Origin: Bacillota bacterium
Lineage (GTDB): Bacteria; Bacillota; Clostridia; Christensenellales; CAG-138
Assembly: GCA_038562375.1 (NCBI GenBank)
Contig: JBCFAY010000009.1
Span: forward strand, 7,448-71,447
Length of the DNA: 64,000 nt
Direction of reading: 5' to 3'
Shown one piece after another: positions 46,199-55,396 of this stretch (its first letter is position 1; the number at the start of each line of letters is the position of its first letter). The notes beneath the pieces are model-generated. The model made no database searches. It was not told the origin of the DNA and was given only the letters and a program-made list of their open reading frames with translations. Both the position numbers and the translations under genes were made by a program.

Positions 46199-47443
46199 AT
46201 GAGCAACCTCGTACTCAAAAACATCGACAAAATCGTCAGCGGCGACATCGTAAAAGGCATCCTACCCGGTGATACCGTCGTCGTACGCGACGGCCTGATC
46301 GCGGGCGTCGGATACGAAAAGTCGCTCGACATCTCGGGCATCGACACCGTGGTGGATGTCGACGGGCAGATCGTGTGCCCGGGCTTTATCGACTGCCATA
46401 TCCACAACACACTGGATGATTACGCTCCCCAGCGCGGCGCGGTGGGCTGCTATGCGGACGCACTGTACAGCGGCACCACCACCATGGTATCCGAAGGCGA
46501 ACAAGGCCCGGGCTGGCCCCGCTTCTACGACGACCCCATCGGCTGCAAAGCGGCCGCCATCCTTTCCAAGCGCGTCTTCGACCGCTTCCGTCCCGGCGGA
46601 GCGCTCAAGTTCCACGGCGGCGCGCTGGTATTGGTGCACGGCCTGACCGAGCAGGATTTCAAGGAGATGAGCGAGGCAGGCGTGTGGCTGATCGCCGAAA
46701 TCGGCGGCGGCGGGCTTTCCGATCCGGCCGAGGTCGCCCCGATGCTGGAATGGGCGAAGAAGTACAACTTCTTCTATTCGGTGCATTTGGCGCCTCCGTC
46801 CATCCCCGGTTCTTCCTGGGTTACGAGCAAGGAAATCCTCAAGCTGCGCCCGCACAAAGTCGCCCATACAAACGGCGGCTCGACCGGGGTTTCCTACGAT
46901 CACATCCAGCGCCTGATGGACGAATCCGACCTCCCGCTGGAATTGGTGGTCAACGGCAACTTCGTCAACTTCAACAAAATGCTCAAGCATATGGATCAGA
47001 AGGGCGAGCTGAGCCGCCTGGTATTCGGCAGCGACGCGCCCACCGGCCAGGCCTCCCTCTCCGGCGCCATCAACCGCGCCATCGTGAAAGCTTCCGCGCT
47101 CAACGATATCCCGGCCTGGAAGGCCATCGCCATGGCGACGGGGAATACGGCGGATCTGTACAAACTCAACGTGGGCAAGATCGAGGTCGGCCGCGCCGCG
47201 GACCTGCAGGTCATCGACAACCCGCCGGGTTCCGTCGGCGCCGATGCGCTCAAGGCGATCGAAAACGGCGATCCGTTCGGAAACTCCATGGTGATCGTGG
47301 ATGGCCGCATCATCGCGTTCCGCGGCAAGGATTCCCGCCCCACGGCCCGCTTGTGCAAGATCAATGGGGAAAAGGCCTTCGTGAGCGGTATCAACGAGCA
47401 CCTTTTCTTCCCGCCCCAGATCGGCAGGCACTACGAAGGGTAA
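46199..47443 (+). CDS. Metal-dependent amidohydrolase, enamidase-like cyclic amidase
   Basis: ORF 46190..47443. I moved the start to ATG 46199, which has AGGAG 8 nt upstream. LKNIDKIVSGDI...PGFIDCHIHN...GVWLIAEIGGGG resembles my recollection of enamidase-type enzymes. The subfamily assignment is unverified. Confidence 0.65.
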   Translation: MSNLVLKNIDKIVSGDIVKGILPGDTVVVRDGLIAGVGYEKSLDISGIDTVVDVDGQIVCPGFIDCHIHNTLDDYAPQRGAVGCYADALYSGTTTMVSEGEQGPGWPRFYDDPIGCKAAAILSKRVFDRFRPGGALKFHGGALVLVHGLTEQDFKEMSEAGVWLIAEIGGGGLSDPAEVAPMLEWAKKYNFFYSVHLAPPSIPGSSWVTSKEILKLRPHKVAHTNGGSTGVSYDHIQRLMDESDLPLELVVNGNFVNFNKMLKHMDQKGELSRLVFGSDAPTGQASLSGAINRAIVKASALNDIPAWKAIAMATGNTADLYKLNVGKIEVGRAADLQVIDNPPGSVGADALKAIENGDPFGNSMVIVDGRIIAFRGKDSRPTARLCKINGEKAFVSGINEHLFFPPQIGRHYEG

Positions 47444-47456
47444 CCGTCCAAGCGAA

Positions 47457-47484
47457 GCGCCGCGGGCCCAAAAGCCCGCGGCGC
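47457..47484 (+). other. Intercistronic 11-bp GC hairpin
   Basis: GCGCCGCGGGC-ccaaaa-GCCCGCGGCGC is followed by TAAAAAA, which is not a canonical terminator on either strand. Confidence 0.45.
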
Positions 47485-47509
47485 TAAAAAACCTTTAATG
47501 GAGGGAAAT

Positions 47510-48880
47510 ATGGCGACGCTGCTCATTAAAAATGCCGAAGCAATCATAACATGCAATCAGGACGATCAGATCCTCTATGGAGCGAATATCCTGTGCGAGG
47601 ACGGCGTGATCCGCTACATCGGGCCCGAGAGCCGGCCCGCCGACAAAGTCATTGACGCGTCGGGCTGCTTCGTGTATCCTGGCCTCATAAACACCCACCA
47701 CCATCTATACCAGACCTTTACGCGCAACCTGCCGCAGGTGCAGCGGATGGAGCTTTTCCCCTGGCTGGTGACGCTCTACGAGATCTGGCGCTATCTCGAC
47801 GACGAATGCATCTACTACAGTTCGCTCACCGGCATGGGCGAGCTGGTCAAATACGGCTGTACGACGGTGATGGACCATCACTATGTCTTTCCCAAAACGG
47901 GCTCGTCCGGGTTTATCGACCGGCAGTTCGAGGCCGCGGACGCGCTGGGCGTGCGCTTTACGGCCACCCGCGGCAGCATGTCCCGCGGCAAGAGCGACGG
48001 CGGCCTGCCGCCCGACGACCTGGTGCAGGACCTCGACACCATATTGGCCGACTGCGAGCGGCTGGTGAAAAAGTTCCACGATCCCGCCCGATACTCCATG
48101 CATCAGGTGGCGATCGCCCCGTGCTCGCCCTTCAGCGTGACCACGCAGCTCCTTAAGGAATCCGCTGAGTTGGCCCGCAGGCTTGGCGTACGCTTGCACA
48201 CGCACCTTTGCGAGACCAAGGACGAGGAAGCGTTTTGCCTCGACAAGGTATGCATGCGCCCCTTGGCTTACATGGAGGAATGCGGCTGGGTCGGCAGCGA
48301 CGTCTGGTATGCCCACGGCATCCATTTCAACGACGAGGAGCTAAAGCTCCTCGCTAAGACGCAGACCGGCGTGGCCCATTGCCCCGCTTCCAATATGAAG
48401 CTCGCCTCGGGCGTATGCCGCGTCCCCGAAATGCTCGAGCTGGGCGTTCCGTTGGGCCTGGCCGTCGACGGCAGCGCCAGCAACGACTGCTCCAACCTGA
48501 TGGCGGAAATCCGCGCATCATACCTGATGCACCGCCTGGCCTACAGCGCCAAGGCCCCGACGGGCTACGATATCCTGAAAATGGCCACCCGCGGCAGCGC
48601 GAAGGTGCTGGGGCGGGATGATATCGGCGCACTGGCGGTCGGCATGGCGGCGGACCTGTTTATGGTGGATGCCCAGATGCTGGAGCTGGTGGGTACGCAG
48701 TTCGATCCCGGCTGTCTGTTCGGCACGGTGGGGTATAATCGCCCGGCAAAAAGCGTCGTCGTCGCGGGCCGCGAGGTCGCCCGGGACGGAGTACTGCTCA
48801 ACATCGACGAAACCGCGGTTCAACGCCGCGCCAACGCGCTCATGCGCAATATGTTGAAATCCGGAGGAGCTATCGCATGA
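47510..48880 (+). CDS. ATZ/TRZ-family amidohydrolase, 8-oxoguanine-deaminase-like
   Basis: ORF 47498..48880. I moved the start to ATG 47510 (GGAGGG RBS). Metal ligand motifs GLINTHHHLYQT, HTHLCET, YAHGIHF and AVDGSASND. Confidence 0.75.
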   Translation: MATLLIKNAEAIITCNQDDQILYGANILCEDGVIRYIGPESRPADKVIDASGCFVYPGLINTHHHLYQTFTRNLPQVQRMELFPWLVTLYEIWRYLDDECIYYSSLTGMGELVKYGCTTVMDHHYVFPKTGSSGFIDRQFEAADALGVRFTATRGSMSRGKSDGGLPPDDLVQDLDTILADCERLVKKFHDPARYSMHQVAIAPCSPFSVTTQLLKESAELARRLGVRLHTHLCETKDEEAFCLDKVCMRPLAYMEECGWVGSDVWYAHGIHFNDEELKLLAKTQTGVAHCPASNMKLASGVCRVPEMLELGVPLGLAVDGSASNDCSNLMAEIRASYLMHRLAYSAKAPTGYDILKMATRGSAKVLGRDDIGALAVGMAADLFMVDAQMLELVGTQFDPGCLFGTVGYNRPAKSVVVAGREVARDGVLLNIDETAVQRRANALMRNMLKSGGAIA

Positions 48881-49623
48881 TTACCGACCTCAACGCCTAC
48901 ACCTGGGAAGAGCTTGCCGTCATGGATCGGGAAAAGGCGGTCTGCCTTTTGCCGATCAGCGCATTGGAGCAGCACGGGAAGCACCTGCCGCTTGGCACGG
49001 ACGACTTTATCCTCGCCGCCGCGCTCGAGGGCGTGCGCCGTGACCCGCGCCTGACGGCGGATTATCTCCTGCTGCCGACGCTGCATTACGGCAACAGCGT
49101 CGAGCATCTGGATTTTTTCGGAACCATGAGCCTTGGATGCGCCACCATCGTGAATATCGTCGAGGATATCCTTCGCTGCATGGCCGACCAGGGGTTTAAA
49201 AAGCTCGCTATCATCAACTCCCATGGAGGGAACTCGGCGATCTTCCAGGCGTATTCGCAGGAATGGCAGCAAAAGTTCGGCATACGGGTGTATCATGCAA
49301 ACTTCTACGCTTCGGGCTTCTTTAGAGAAGCGGCCTCTCTGCTGGAAACGCCTTTGTCTACGGACGTACATGCGGGGGAACTCGAAACCTCGGTGCTGCT
49401 GTATAAAATGCCCCACTTGGTACGGCAGGAAAAAATCACGGCCGCAGAGGATATCTATATCACGCTGAGCGACTATTACAGCGGATGGCTGACCAGCGAA
49501 TACTCGCCCGGCAACGGGACGATCGGCGTACCCACGAGGGCCGACGCGCAAAAGGGAAAAGCCGTCCTCGACTTTATTCAGAACAAATTGGCAAACTGCC
49601 TGTTCCAAATTGCAAACGAGTAA
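48877..49623 (+). CDS. Creatininase-family amidohydrolase
   Basis: LLPISALEQHGKHLPLGTD and INSHGGN motifs. 4-nt overlap with the preceding gene. Confidence 0.75.
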   Translation: MITDLNAYTWEELAVMDREKAVCLLPISALEQHGKHLPLGTDDFILAAALEGVRRDPRLTADYLLLPTLHYGNSVEHLDFFGTMSLGCATIVNIVEDILRCMADQGFKKLAIINSHGGNSAIFQAYSQEWQQKFGIRVYHANFYASGFFREAASLLETPLSTDVHAGELETSVLLYKMPHLVRQEKITAAEDIYITLSDYYSGWLTSEYSPGNGTIGVPTRADAQKGKAVLDFIQNKLANCLFQIANE

Positions 49624-49765
49624 GATATAATTGTCCAATCACCATTGATTCCCATAGGCTGCGGCGCTTTGCCGCTGCCGGCGGCAATCAAAAAAGCCCT
49701 TGGGAGGCGGGTGCCGCAGCCGCCGGGGCTTGCTTCCCGGGCCGCGGCATGTACGAATCGAGCGA

Positions 49766-49794
49766 AAAGCCTTGCCGCGCAAGGCTTTCCTTTC
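49766..49794 (+). terminator. Probable terminator of the importer #3 / amidohydrolase operon
   Basis: AAAGCCTTG-ccgcg-CAAGGCTTT followed by CCTTTC. Confidence 0.55.
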
Positions 49795-49917
49795 AGGAAC
49801 GCCCCCTACCGACGGTGCGGCAGTTCCTGAACAAACGGCGCGGCTGTTTTTCCGACAAACTTAGGCTGCGGCGGAACCCGCGGCCGGATATTGGAGCAGG
49901 GTAACCGGAGTATCTGT

Positions 49918-50661
49918 ATGGAGAATCTGACGAAACTTGAACGCGCGAAGTCCCTGTGTGAACGTACATTCGACGAACTGCGCAACGCGATCCTGGCCAT
50001 GGCGCCCGGAGAGAACAAGCTCCCCTCTGAAGATGAACTTTCCAGGGCCCTTGGGGTGAGCCGTTCCACCATTCGCGAAGCGGTTAAGCAGCTGCAGATG
50101 GAGGGCGCAATTACAAAGATCCAGGGGAGGGGCACTTTTGCGCACCCCTCCGTCTTTCATATTCAGAATCGGGTGGACCTGCATCCGGATTTTTACGCCT
50201 TGCTTTCCCGGGAACACGAGCGTGTCGTCTTGGACGTGGAGCCCCTCGGCGTATCCACGCCCAGCGAATCGTATCTGCGCGTCTTCCCCAACGCCGTTGC
50301 CGGCGAACCGGTGTACGTCATGGTATGGCGATACTATGCGGACGATATCCTGATGATATTCGGAACCTTTGAGTTCCCCACCCGCTTTTTGCGCCGGATC
50401 CCGGCGCCCGATTTCCATGTGAACAATCTGCCCGAATTCTCCAAAGCCTATCTGAATGAGGATATCACCTACTGCGCCATGCAGCTTCGCTGCGGTTACA
50501 GCGAAACGGCGGCGCGGCAGTTCGGCATCCCGGAAAAAGTGCCTATGCAATGCTGGAAAGAAGTGATCTACGACGTAGGGGATCACGCCGTCGGCTATTG
50601 CCGCTTCTTTTTGCACCCCGACCATATGATTATGTCGTTGATCGCGCATTTCGACATCTGA
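49918..50661 (+). CDS. GntR-family transcriptional regulator, HutC/UTRA subfamily
   Basis: ORF 49891..50661 (TTG). ATG 49918 is preferred. HTH KLPSEDELSRALGVSRSTIREAVKQLQMEGAITKIQGRGTFA. Confidence 0.8.
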   Translation: MENLTKLERAKSLCERTFDELRNAILAMAPGENKLPSEDELSRALGVSRSTIREAVKQLQMEGAITKIQGRGTFAHPSVFHIQNRVDLHPDFYALLSREHERVVLDVEPLGVSTPSESYLRVFPNAVAGEPVYVMVWRYYADDILMIFGTFEFPTRFLRRIPAPDFHVNNLPEFSKAYLNEDITYCAMQLRCGYSETAARQFGIPEKVPMQCWKEVIYDVGDHAVGYCRFFLHPDHMIMSLIAHFDI

Positions 50662-50878
50662 ACAGGGGGCGAACCCGCGGCCGCATTGATTTAAACCGGC
50701 GCCGAAACGACGCGGGAACTCCCGTCCAAAGGGATCATTCTATAAAAAGCGAATGCCCGCGCAAGGGAGATTATCCGGAGAAGTTCATTCATCCATCCGC
50801 CATTTTGCTCCTGCTTCACGCGGAACCGGCCCACGGCTTTGAGCGCCGGGAAATATATAGCGGCGGCGGTTAGCCCTT

Positions 50879-50910
50879 AAAAAGCCCGGATCGAATCGAT
50901 CCGGGCTTTT
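50879..50910. terminator. Bidirectional terminator between the convergent GntR gene and methyltransferase operon
   Basis: AGCCCGGATCG-aat-CGATCCGGGCT is an 11-bp stem flanked by AAAA and TTTT. Confidence 0.85.
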
Positions 50911-50954
50911 AATGCATCCGATCCTGCGCCCATGCAAGGCCGACGATCCGCCGC

Positions 50955-52616
50955 TTAAAATCCGAGGCATTTGACAAAGAGCTTATCGAAATCCTCATAT
51001 GTGGACAGTTCGATGACCGATATGGTCTTTACAAGCGCCTCCATTTCGCGGCGGTAGCCCCGGTTCATGAGGAAGGCCTTCCCGCCCGACTGCGAGGTGT
51101 TGCCGATAAAGCTGATCCGGCCCTCGAACTCCTCGGGAAGCATGCCGATGTTCAAAAGGCTTTTTGCCCTCAGATGATAACCGAACGATCCCGCGATCAG
51201 CACGCTCCCGACCTCCCGCGCCCGCACGCCCTGGCTTGACATCAGATACTCGATTCCGGCGCGAACGGCGCCCTTTGCAAGCTGCACCTGGCGGATATCC
51301 TTCTGGGTAAGGTATACCTCGTCGACCAGGCGGAACGCCGGCTTGCCCTGATACGGCGTGAGCCGGGCTTTGAGCTTCTCGGGCAGGTCGCTGCCCTCGG
51401 GCTTGACAAAGCGGCCGTTCTTATCGATGACCTTGTTCGCCACCAGCTCCCCGACAATATCGAGCAGCCCGCTGCCGCAGATGCCCACGGGGGCCGCGTC
51501 GCCGATGGTGCGGATGACGATGTCCGCATCTCGGGTGATTTCAAAGTATTCGATCGCCCCGTTTGAGGCGCGCATACCGAACGTGATGTTCATGCCCTCG
51601 AAGGCCGGCCCGGCGGCCGTCGACGTGGCCGACAGCGCCCCGTTTTTGCCGATCGCCATTTCGCCGTTCGTGCCGATATCTACAAACAGGGTCGTATCGG
51701 GCCGCCTGTGCAGCTGGGAGGCGAGGATGCCGGAGGTGATGTCCGGCCCGACATACGCGGATATGATGGGCGGAAAATAGACAAGCCCATATCGGCTGAT
51801 GTTTACGCCCAGCGTTTCGGCGGGAAAGTGACAACTGCCGTACAGCTGCGGCGTATAGGGGAACTGGCCGAGCGAATAGGGATTGATCTTGGCGGCCAGA
51901 TGGATCATCGTCGTGTTGCCGCTGAAAACCGCCTCGTAGATGTTCTCGCTCGGTACGCCGGACGAGACGCAAAGCTCCGCCGCCATACGGTTGATCTCTT
52001 TGGTTACCGCATCGTGCATCTCCTGAAGGCCTTCCTCGTCGGAGGCGATCTTGATGCGCGAGAGCACATCCTGCGCGTACAGACTCTGCGGATTGAGCGC
52101 CGAGCAAGTCGCGAGCTCCCGGCCCTTATTTAGGTCGACGACCGCCGCCACCAAAGTCGTGGTGCCGATATCTACCACGAGGCCGTACAGCCGGTCCGTC
52201 GTATCGCCTTTCTCCTCGCAAAGAAGCGTTTCTCCGGCATAGACGCGCGTCACGCCGTCCCGGTAGGCCTTCATGACGGCGCTGTCCGGCGTTACCTCGA
52301 AGCTTTGGCCCTCGGATACGATCTTGAGCGTCTTGTTCTTCTGGCCCGAGAGCGTCGTGACGTCGACATCGCCGAGCACCTCGGTCATGCAGGCGAGCAC
52401 ATACCCTTGCCCGGCCTCATCCGGGGGCAGCGGCTTTTTGACGAGCACGCGGTCAAGCTGCTTCGGATCGATCTTGACCTTGCATTTCCCGCAGGTCCCG
52501 CCCGCGTTGCAGGGCGATTCGATCACGACCCCGCACTCGCGCGCCACGTCCAGCAGCCTATCGCCCTTATCGGCGGTCTGCACGATATTCTCTCTGATAA
52601 AACGAACGTTTGCCAT
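50955..52616 (-). CDS. Reductive activator of corrinoid enzymes (RACo-type: N-terminal 2Fe-2S ferredoxin plus ASKHA ATPase domain)
   Basis: SPCNAGGTCGKCKVKI is a ferredoxin-like Cys cluster. ASKHA phosphate motifs VDIGTTTLVAAVVDL and VDIGTNGEMAIG. 553 aa. Confidence 0.8.
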   Translation of the reverse strand: MANVRFIRENIVQTADKGDRLLDVARECGVVIESPCNAGGTCGKCKVKIDPKQLDRVLVKKPLPPDEAGQGYVLACMTEVLGDVDVTTLSGQKNKTLKIVSEGQSFEVTPDSAVMKAYRDGVTRVYAGETLLCEEKGDTTDRLYGLVVDIGTTTLVAAVVDLNKGRELATCSALNPQSLYAQDVLSRIKIASDEEGLQEMHDAVTKEINRMAAELCVSSGVPSENIYEAVFSGNTTMIHLAAKINPYSLGQFPYTPQLYGSCHFPAETLGVNISRYGLVYFPPIISAYVGPDITSGILASQLHRRPDTTLFVDIGTNGEMAIGKNGALSATSTAAGPAFEGMNITFGMRASNGAIEYFEITRDADIVIRTIGDAAPVGICGSGLLDIVGELVANKVIDKNGRFVKPEGSDLPEKLKARLTPYQGKPAFRLVDEVYLTQKDIRQVQLAKGAVRAGIEYLMSSQGVRAREVGSVLIAGSFGYHLRAKSLLNIGMLPEEFEGRISFIGNTSQSGGKAFLMNRGYRREMEALVKTISVIELSTYEDFDKLFVKCLGF

Positions 52617-53641
52617 CAGCTTCCCACCTTTACCGCGCCCGTCATCGCCTGGATATTCCCTACCGGCGTCGTCGTGCTCAGCCCGCAGGCGGGCGCGATG
52701 ATGTCCACGCCGCCCGCGACAAGCCTTTGTACGCGGCCGACGATCTTCTCCGACTCGCCGCCTTGCAAAAGGAATGTGCTCACGTTCCCCATGGTGGTCA
52801 GCGCCGGATAGTTATTCTTCAATTGCTCCAGGCTCACGAGCGCGTCCGTGCTGACGGCGTTCGCGTGCAGTTGTTCCATATAGGACTCCACCGAGCTCAG
52901 CTTTCCGCAGATGTGGATGATGACGGGCGCGCCCATGGCGTGTACGGCGTCCGCGAGCTTGTTAAGATACCGCACTGCGTATTCTTCGAACATCTTTGGG
53001 CCTAGAATCTCGCCCGTGGCGGTCGGATCGGCGATGGTGATGAGCGTTGCGCCGTTGCCGATCAGAAGCCGGGCGTAATCGATCAGATGATCTGTTACAT
53101 AGTCGACCACCCGGTGCGCATTGGCCGGGTCCTTGCGCAGTTCCTTCAAAAACTGCATCGGGTCCACGATCGAAGCCGCCGTGCTGATCGGCCCCGTGAC
53201 GCTTCCGATGACAGGGATGTCGGGATATTTTTTTGAAAGCGCATGCACGGCATCGACGACCACGCCCACGCGCCTGTTCTGCGCCATTTTCCCGATGTGC
53301 TTGAATCCCACCTGCGAAACGGACGGATAGGGCTCCCGGGCGATCTTGGGCTCGCATTCGAGCGTGCCGTAATCGATGTCGCTGCCGAGCACCTCGGCTT
53401 CGACCGTCATGCAGAAAGGAAGGCCGAGATTCTCAAAGCCCGTCATTTCATAGACATCGCCCGCGATATCCGCCATCAGACCCGCGTCGTGATGACCGGC
53501 AGGCAGCGTATGGCCCGTCTGGTTCATCACGTCCACCAGGGCCGAGTTGAGCATGCCTCCCGGACAGATGACCGGCGGGCGGTCCACGCCTGCCTTGCAA
53601 AGCACCCTGTCGAGCCGTTCCTTCGGGCTGAATACATCCAT
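52616..53641 (-). CDS. MtaA/CmuA-like URO-D-family methylcobamide methyltransferase (module II, MT2 position)
   Basis: 341 aa, the size of MtaA. Its stop (52616-52618) overlaps the activator gene's start codon by one base. The family call is from context and general pattern only. Confidence 0.7.
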   Translation of the reverse strand: MDVFSPKERLDRVLCKAGVDRPPVICPGGMLNSALVDVMNQTGHTLPAGHHDAGLMADIAGDVYEMTGFENLGLPFCMTVEAEVLGSDIDYGTLECEPKIAREPYPSVSQVGFKHIGKMAQNRRVGVVVDAVHALSKKYPDIPVIGSVTGPISTAASIVDPMQFLKELRKDPANAHRVVDYVTDHLIDYARLLIGNGATLITIADPTATGEILGPKMFEEYAVRYLNKLADAVHAMGAPVIIHICGKLSSVESYMEQLHANAVSTDALVSLEQLKNNYPALTTMGNVSTFLLQGGESEKIVGRVQRLVAGGVDIIAPACGLSTTTPVGNIQAMTGAVKVGS

Positions 53642-53670
53642 CGCTCATCCCTTCCTTTCTGCGGCGCTTC

Positions 53671-54339
53671 TTAAACGGCGGAAGGCAGGGTTTGATCGCC
53701 CACCAGCCGCTTTGCGAGCCAGACGGCTTCCGCCGCGTTTACGGCATAGCCGTCCGCGCCGATTTTGTTCGCGAACGCCTGGGATACCGGGCCGCCGCCC
53801 ACGATCACCTTGAATCGATCCCGCACATTTTGCTGATGAAGAAGCTTGATGACCTTGCTCATGGCGTCCATGCTGGTGGTCATCAGCGTCGATATCCCGA
53901 TGATGTCCGCGCCGATCTCAATCGCGCGCTCTACAAAAACGCTTGGCGGCACGTCCCTGCCGAGATCCGTTACCGCAAATCCCGAGGCTTCCAGCATGAG
54001 CTTGACGAGGTTCTTCCCGATATCGTGCGTATCGCCCTGCACGACCCCGATAACGACCTTGTAGCGTTCGGACGCCTCGGTATTCCTTAAATGCGGCTTC
54101 AATACCTCGAGCCCCGCGTTCATCGCCTCCGAGCACAGCAGCAGTTCGGGAACGAAGTATTCTTCCTCGTCAAACAGCTTTCCGGCGCGCGTCATGCCGT
54201 CCGAAAGGCCCTTATCGATCGCCTCGAATGCGTCCATTTGCGCGCTTACGGCTTCCTCGGCACCGGCGACGGCAGCCTCCTCATCCATGTTTACCACGGC
54301 GTCCGACAGCTTTTGATAGATTTTTTCTTTATTAAGCAT
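53671..54339 (-). CDS. Cobalamin-binding corrinoid protein (module II)
   Basis: DxHxxG motif GDTHDIGKNLV, a helical cap, and GGGPVSQ. 222 aa. Confidence 0.88.
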   Translation of the reverse strand: MLNKEKIYQKLSDAVVNMDEEAAVAGAEEAVSAQMDAFEAIDKGLSDGMTRAGKLFDEEEYFVPELLLCSEAMNAGLEVLKPHLRNTEASERYKVVIGVVQGDTHDIGKNLVKLMLEASGFAVTDLGRDVPPSVFVERAIEIGADIIGISTLMTTSMDAMSKVIKLLHQQNVRDRFKVIVGGGPVSQAFANKIGADGYAVNAAEAVWLAKRLVGDQTLPSAV

Positions 54340-55396
54340 AATGATCTCCTTTCATATTCTTGTATTCTGTGGGGATGGATCGGGCGGTGTCCGTCATAAC
54401 CTTTACGTTTTCTATGGGTACGTCCGGCGGCAGATCGCAGCCCGGCATGAGGATGTACCCTTCATGGGAGCCTACGTTTTGTGCGCATTGGAGGCTAACC
54501 TCGCGCACCTTCTCCTGTGATCCCTGGAGCATAACCGAAACCGGATCGATATTTCCGGCAAAAGCAATCCGTCCTGCGCAAGAATCCCTCACGGCGCTTA
54601 GCGATACCTTGGAATCGATGGAGATCGCGTTTGCGCCGGTTTGCAGAAACAGCGGCAGATTATTCGTCGTATTTCCGCACACATGGAGCATCGTGGCCGG
54701 GACTTTGCCAGAGACCGCGGAGAAAAGCCGGATGTTGCTCGGCAATACGAATTCCTCGAATTGTTTGGGGGAAATCAGGTCGCCGGAGGCCGTCATCTCC
54801 GAGGCGCGAAGAAGCTCGACACCCGCGTCTATGAACAGCTGCCAGTATTTTAAACACACTTCCCGCGTGAATTCCAGCACATGCAGCAGCGCCGGTTTAT
54901 CCTTGAGCAGCAGGCGCACAAGCAGCTTGATGCCGAGCATCTGGCCCGCCAGCGTAAACGGCCCCCACTGGCCGCTGCCGACGAGGAACTCCTGCCCGCA
55001 TTCCCGTGCAAGAAGCTTTGCCGTTTCCACGATCATGCCGATATCGGGATCGGATTCGATGCGGGAAATATCAAGGCTGTCGATTTCCGCGGCGTTATTG
55101 AGCAGCGGCCGCTCGATTTCCGGCGTAAATCCCGGCTCGTCGTAACGCACATCGCCGCCGAGCGCTTTGATGATGATATTGTTGCAGCCCGAGCAAGCCC
55201 AGAGGATATCGGAGCGGATTTCACGGTAAGTATCGGCGATGATGTCTGCCGAGGTCTGTGCGCCTGCGCGAATGGAATCGCCGATCGACATATTGCGGCG
55301 CTTAAACAGCCAAACGCCGCCGGATAGTATCGCCGCCGGCAGACGTTCGGTTTTCTCACCCCGGAGCGCATTCAGCGCAGTCGCTTTGCCGTTCAT
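54332..55396 (-). CDS. URO-D-family protein, probable substrate:corrinoid methyltransferase (module II, MT1 position)
   Basis: ORF 54332..55549. I moved the start to ATG 55396 (MNGKATALN), which has a GGGAGGG RBS. 8-nt overlap with the corrinoid protein start. Confidence 0.65.
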   Translation of the reverse strand: MNGKATALNALRGEKTERLPAAILSGGVWLFKRRNMSIGDSIRAGAQTSADIIADTYREIRSDILWACSGCNNIIIKALGGDVRYDEPGFTPEIERPLLNNAAEIDSLDISRIESDPDIGMIVETAKLLARECGQEFLVGSGQWGPFTLAGQMLGIKLLVRLLLKDKPALLHVLEFTREVCLKYWQLFIDAGVELLRASEMTASGDLISPKQFEEFVLPSNIRLFSAVSGKVPATMLHVCGNTTNNLPLFLQTGANAISIDSKVSLSAVRDSCAGRIAFAGNIDPVSVMLQGSQEKVREVSLQCAQNVGSHEGYILMPGCDLPPDVPIENVKVMTDTARSIPTEYKNMKGDHYA

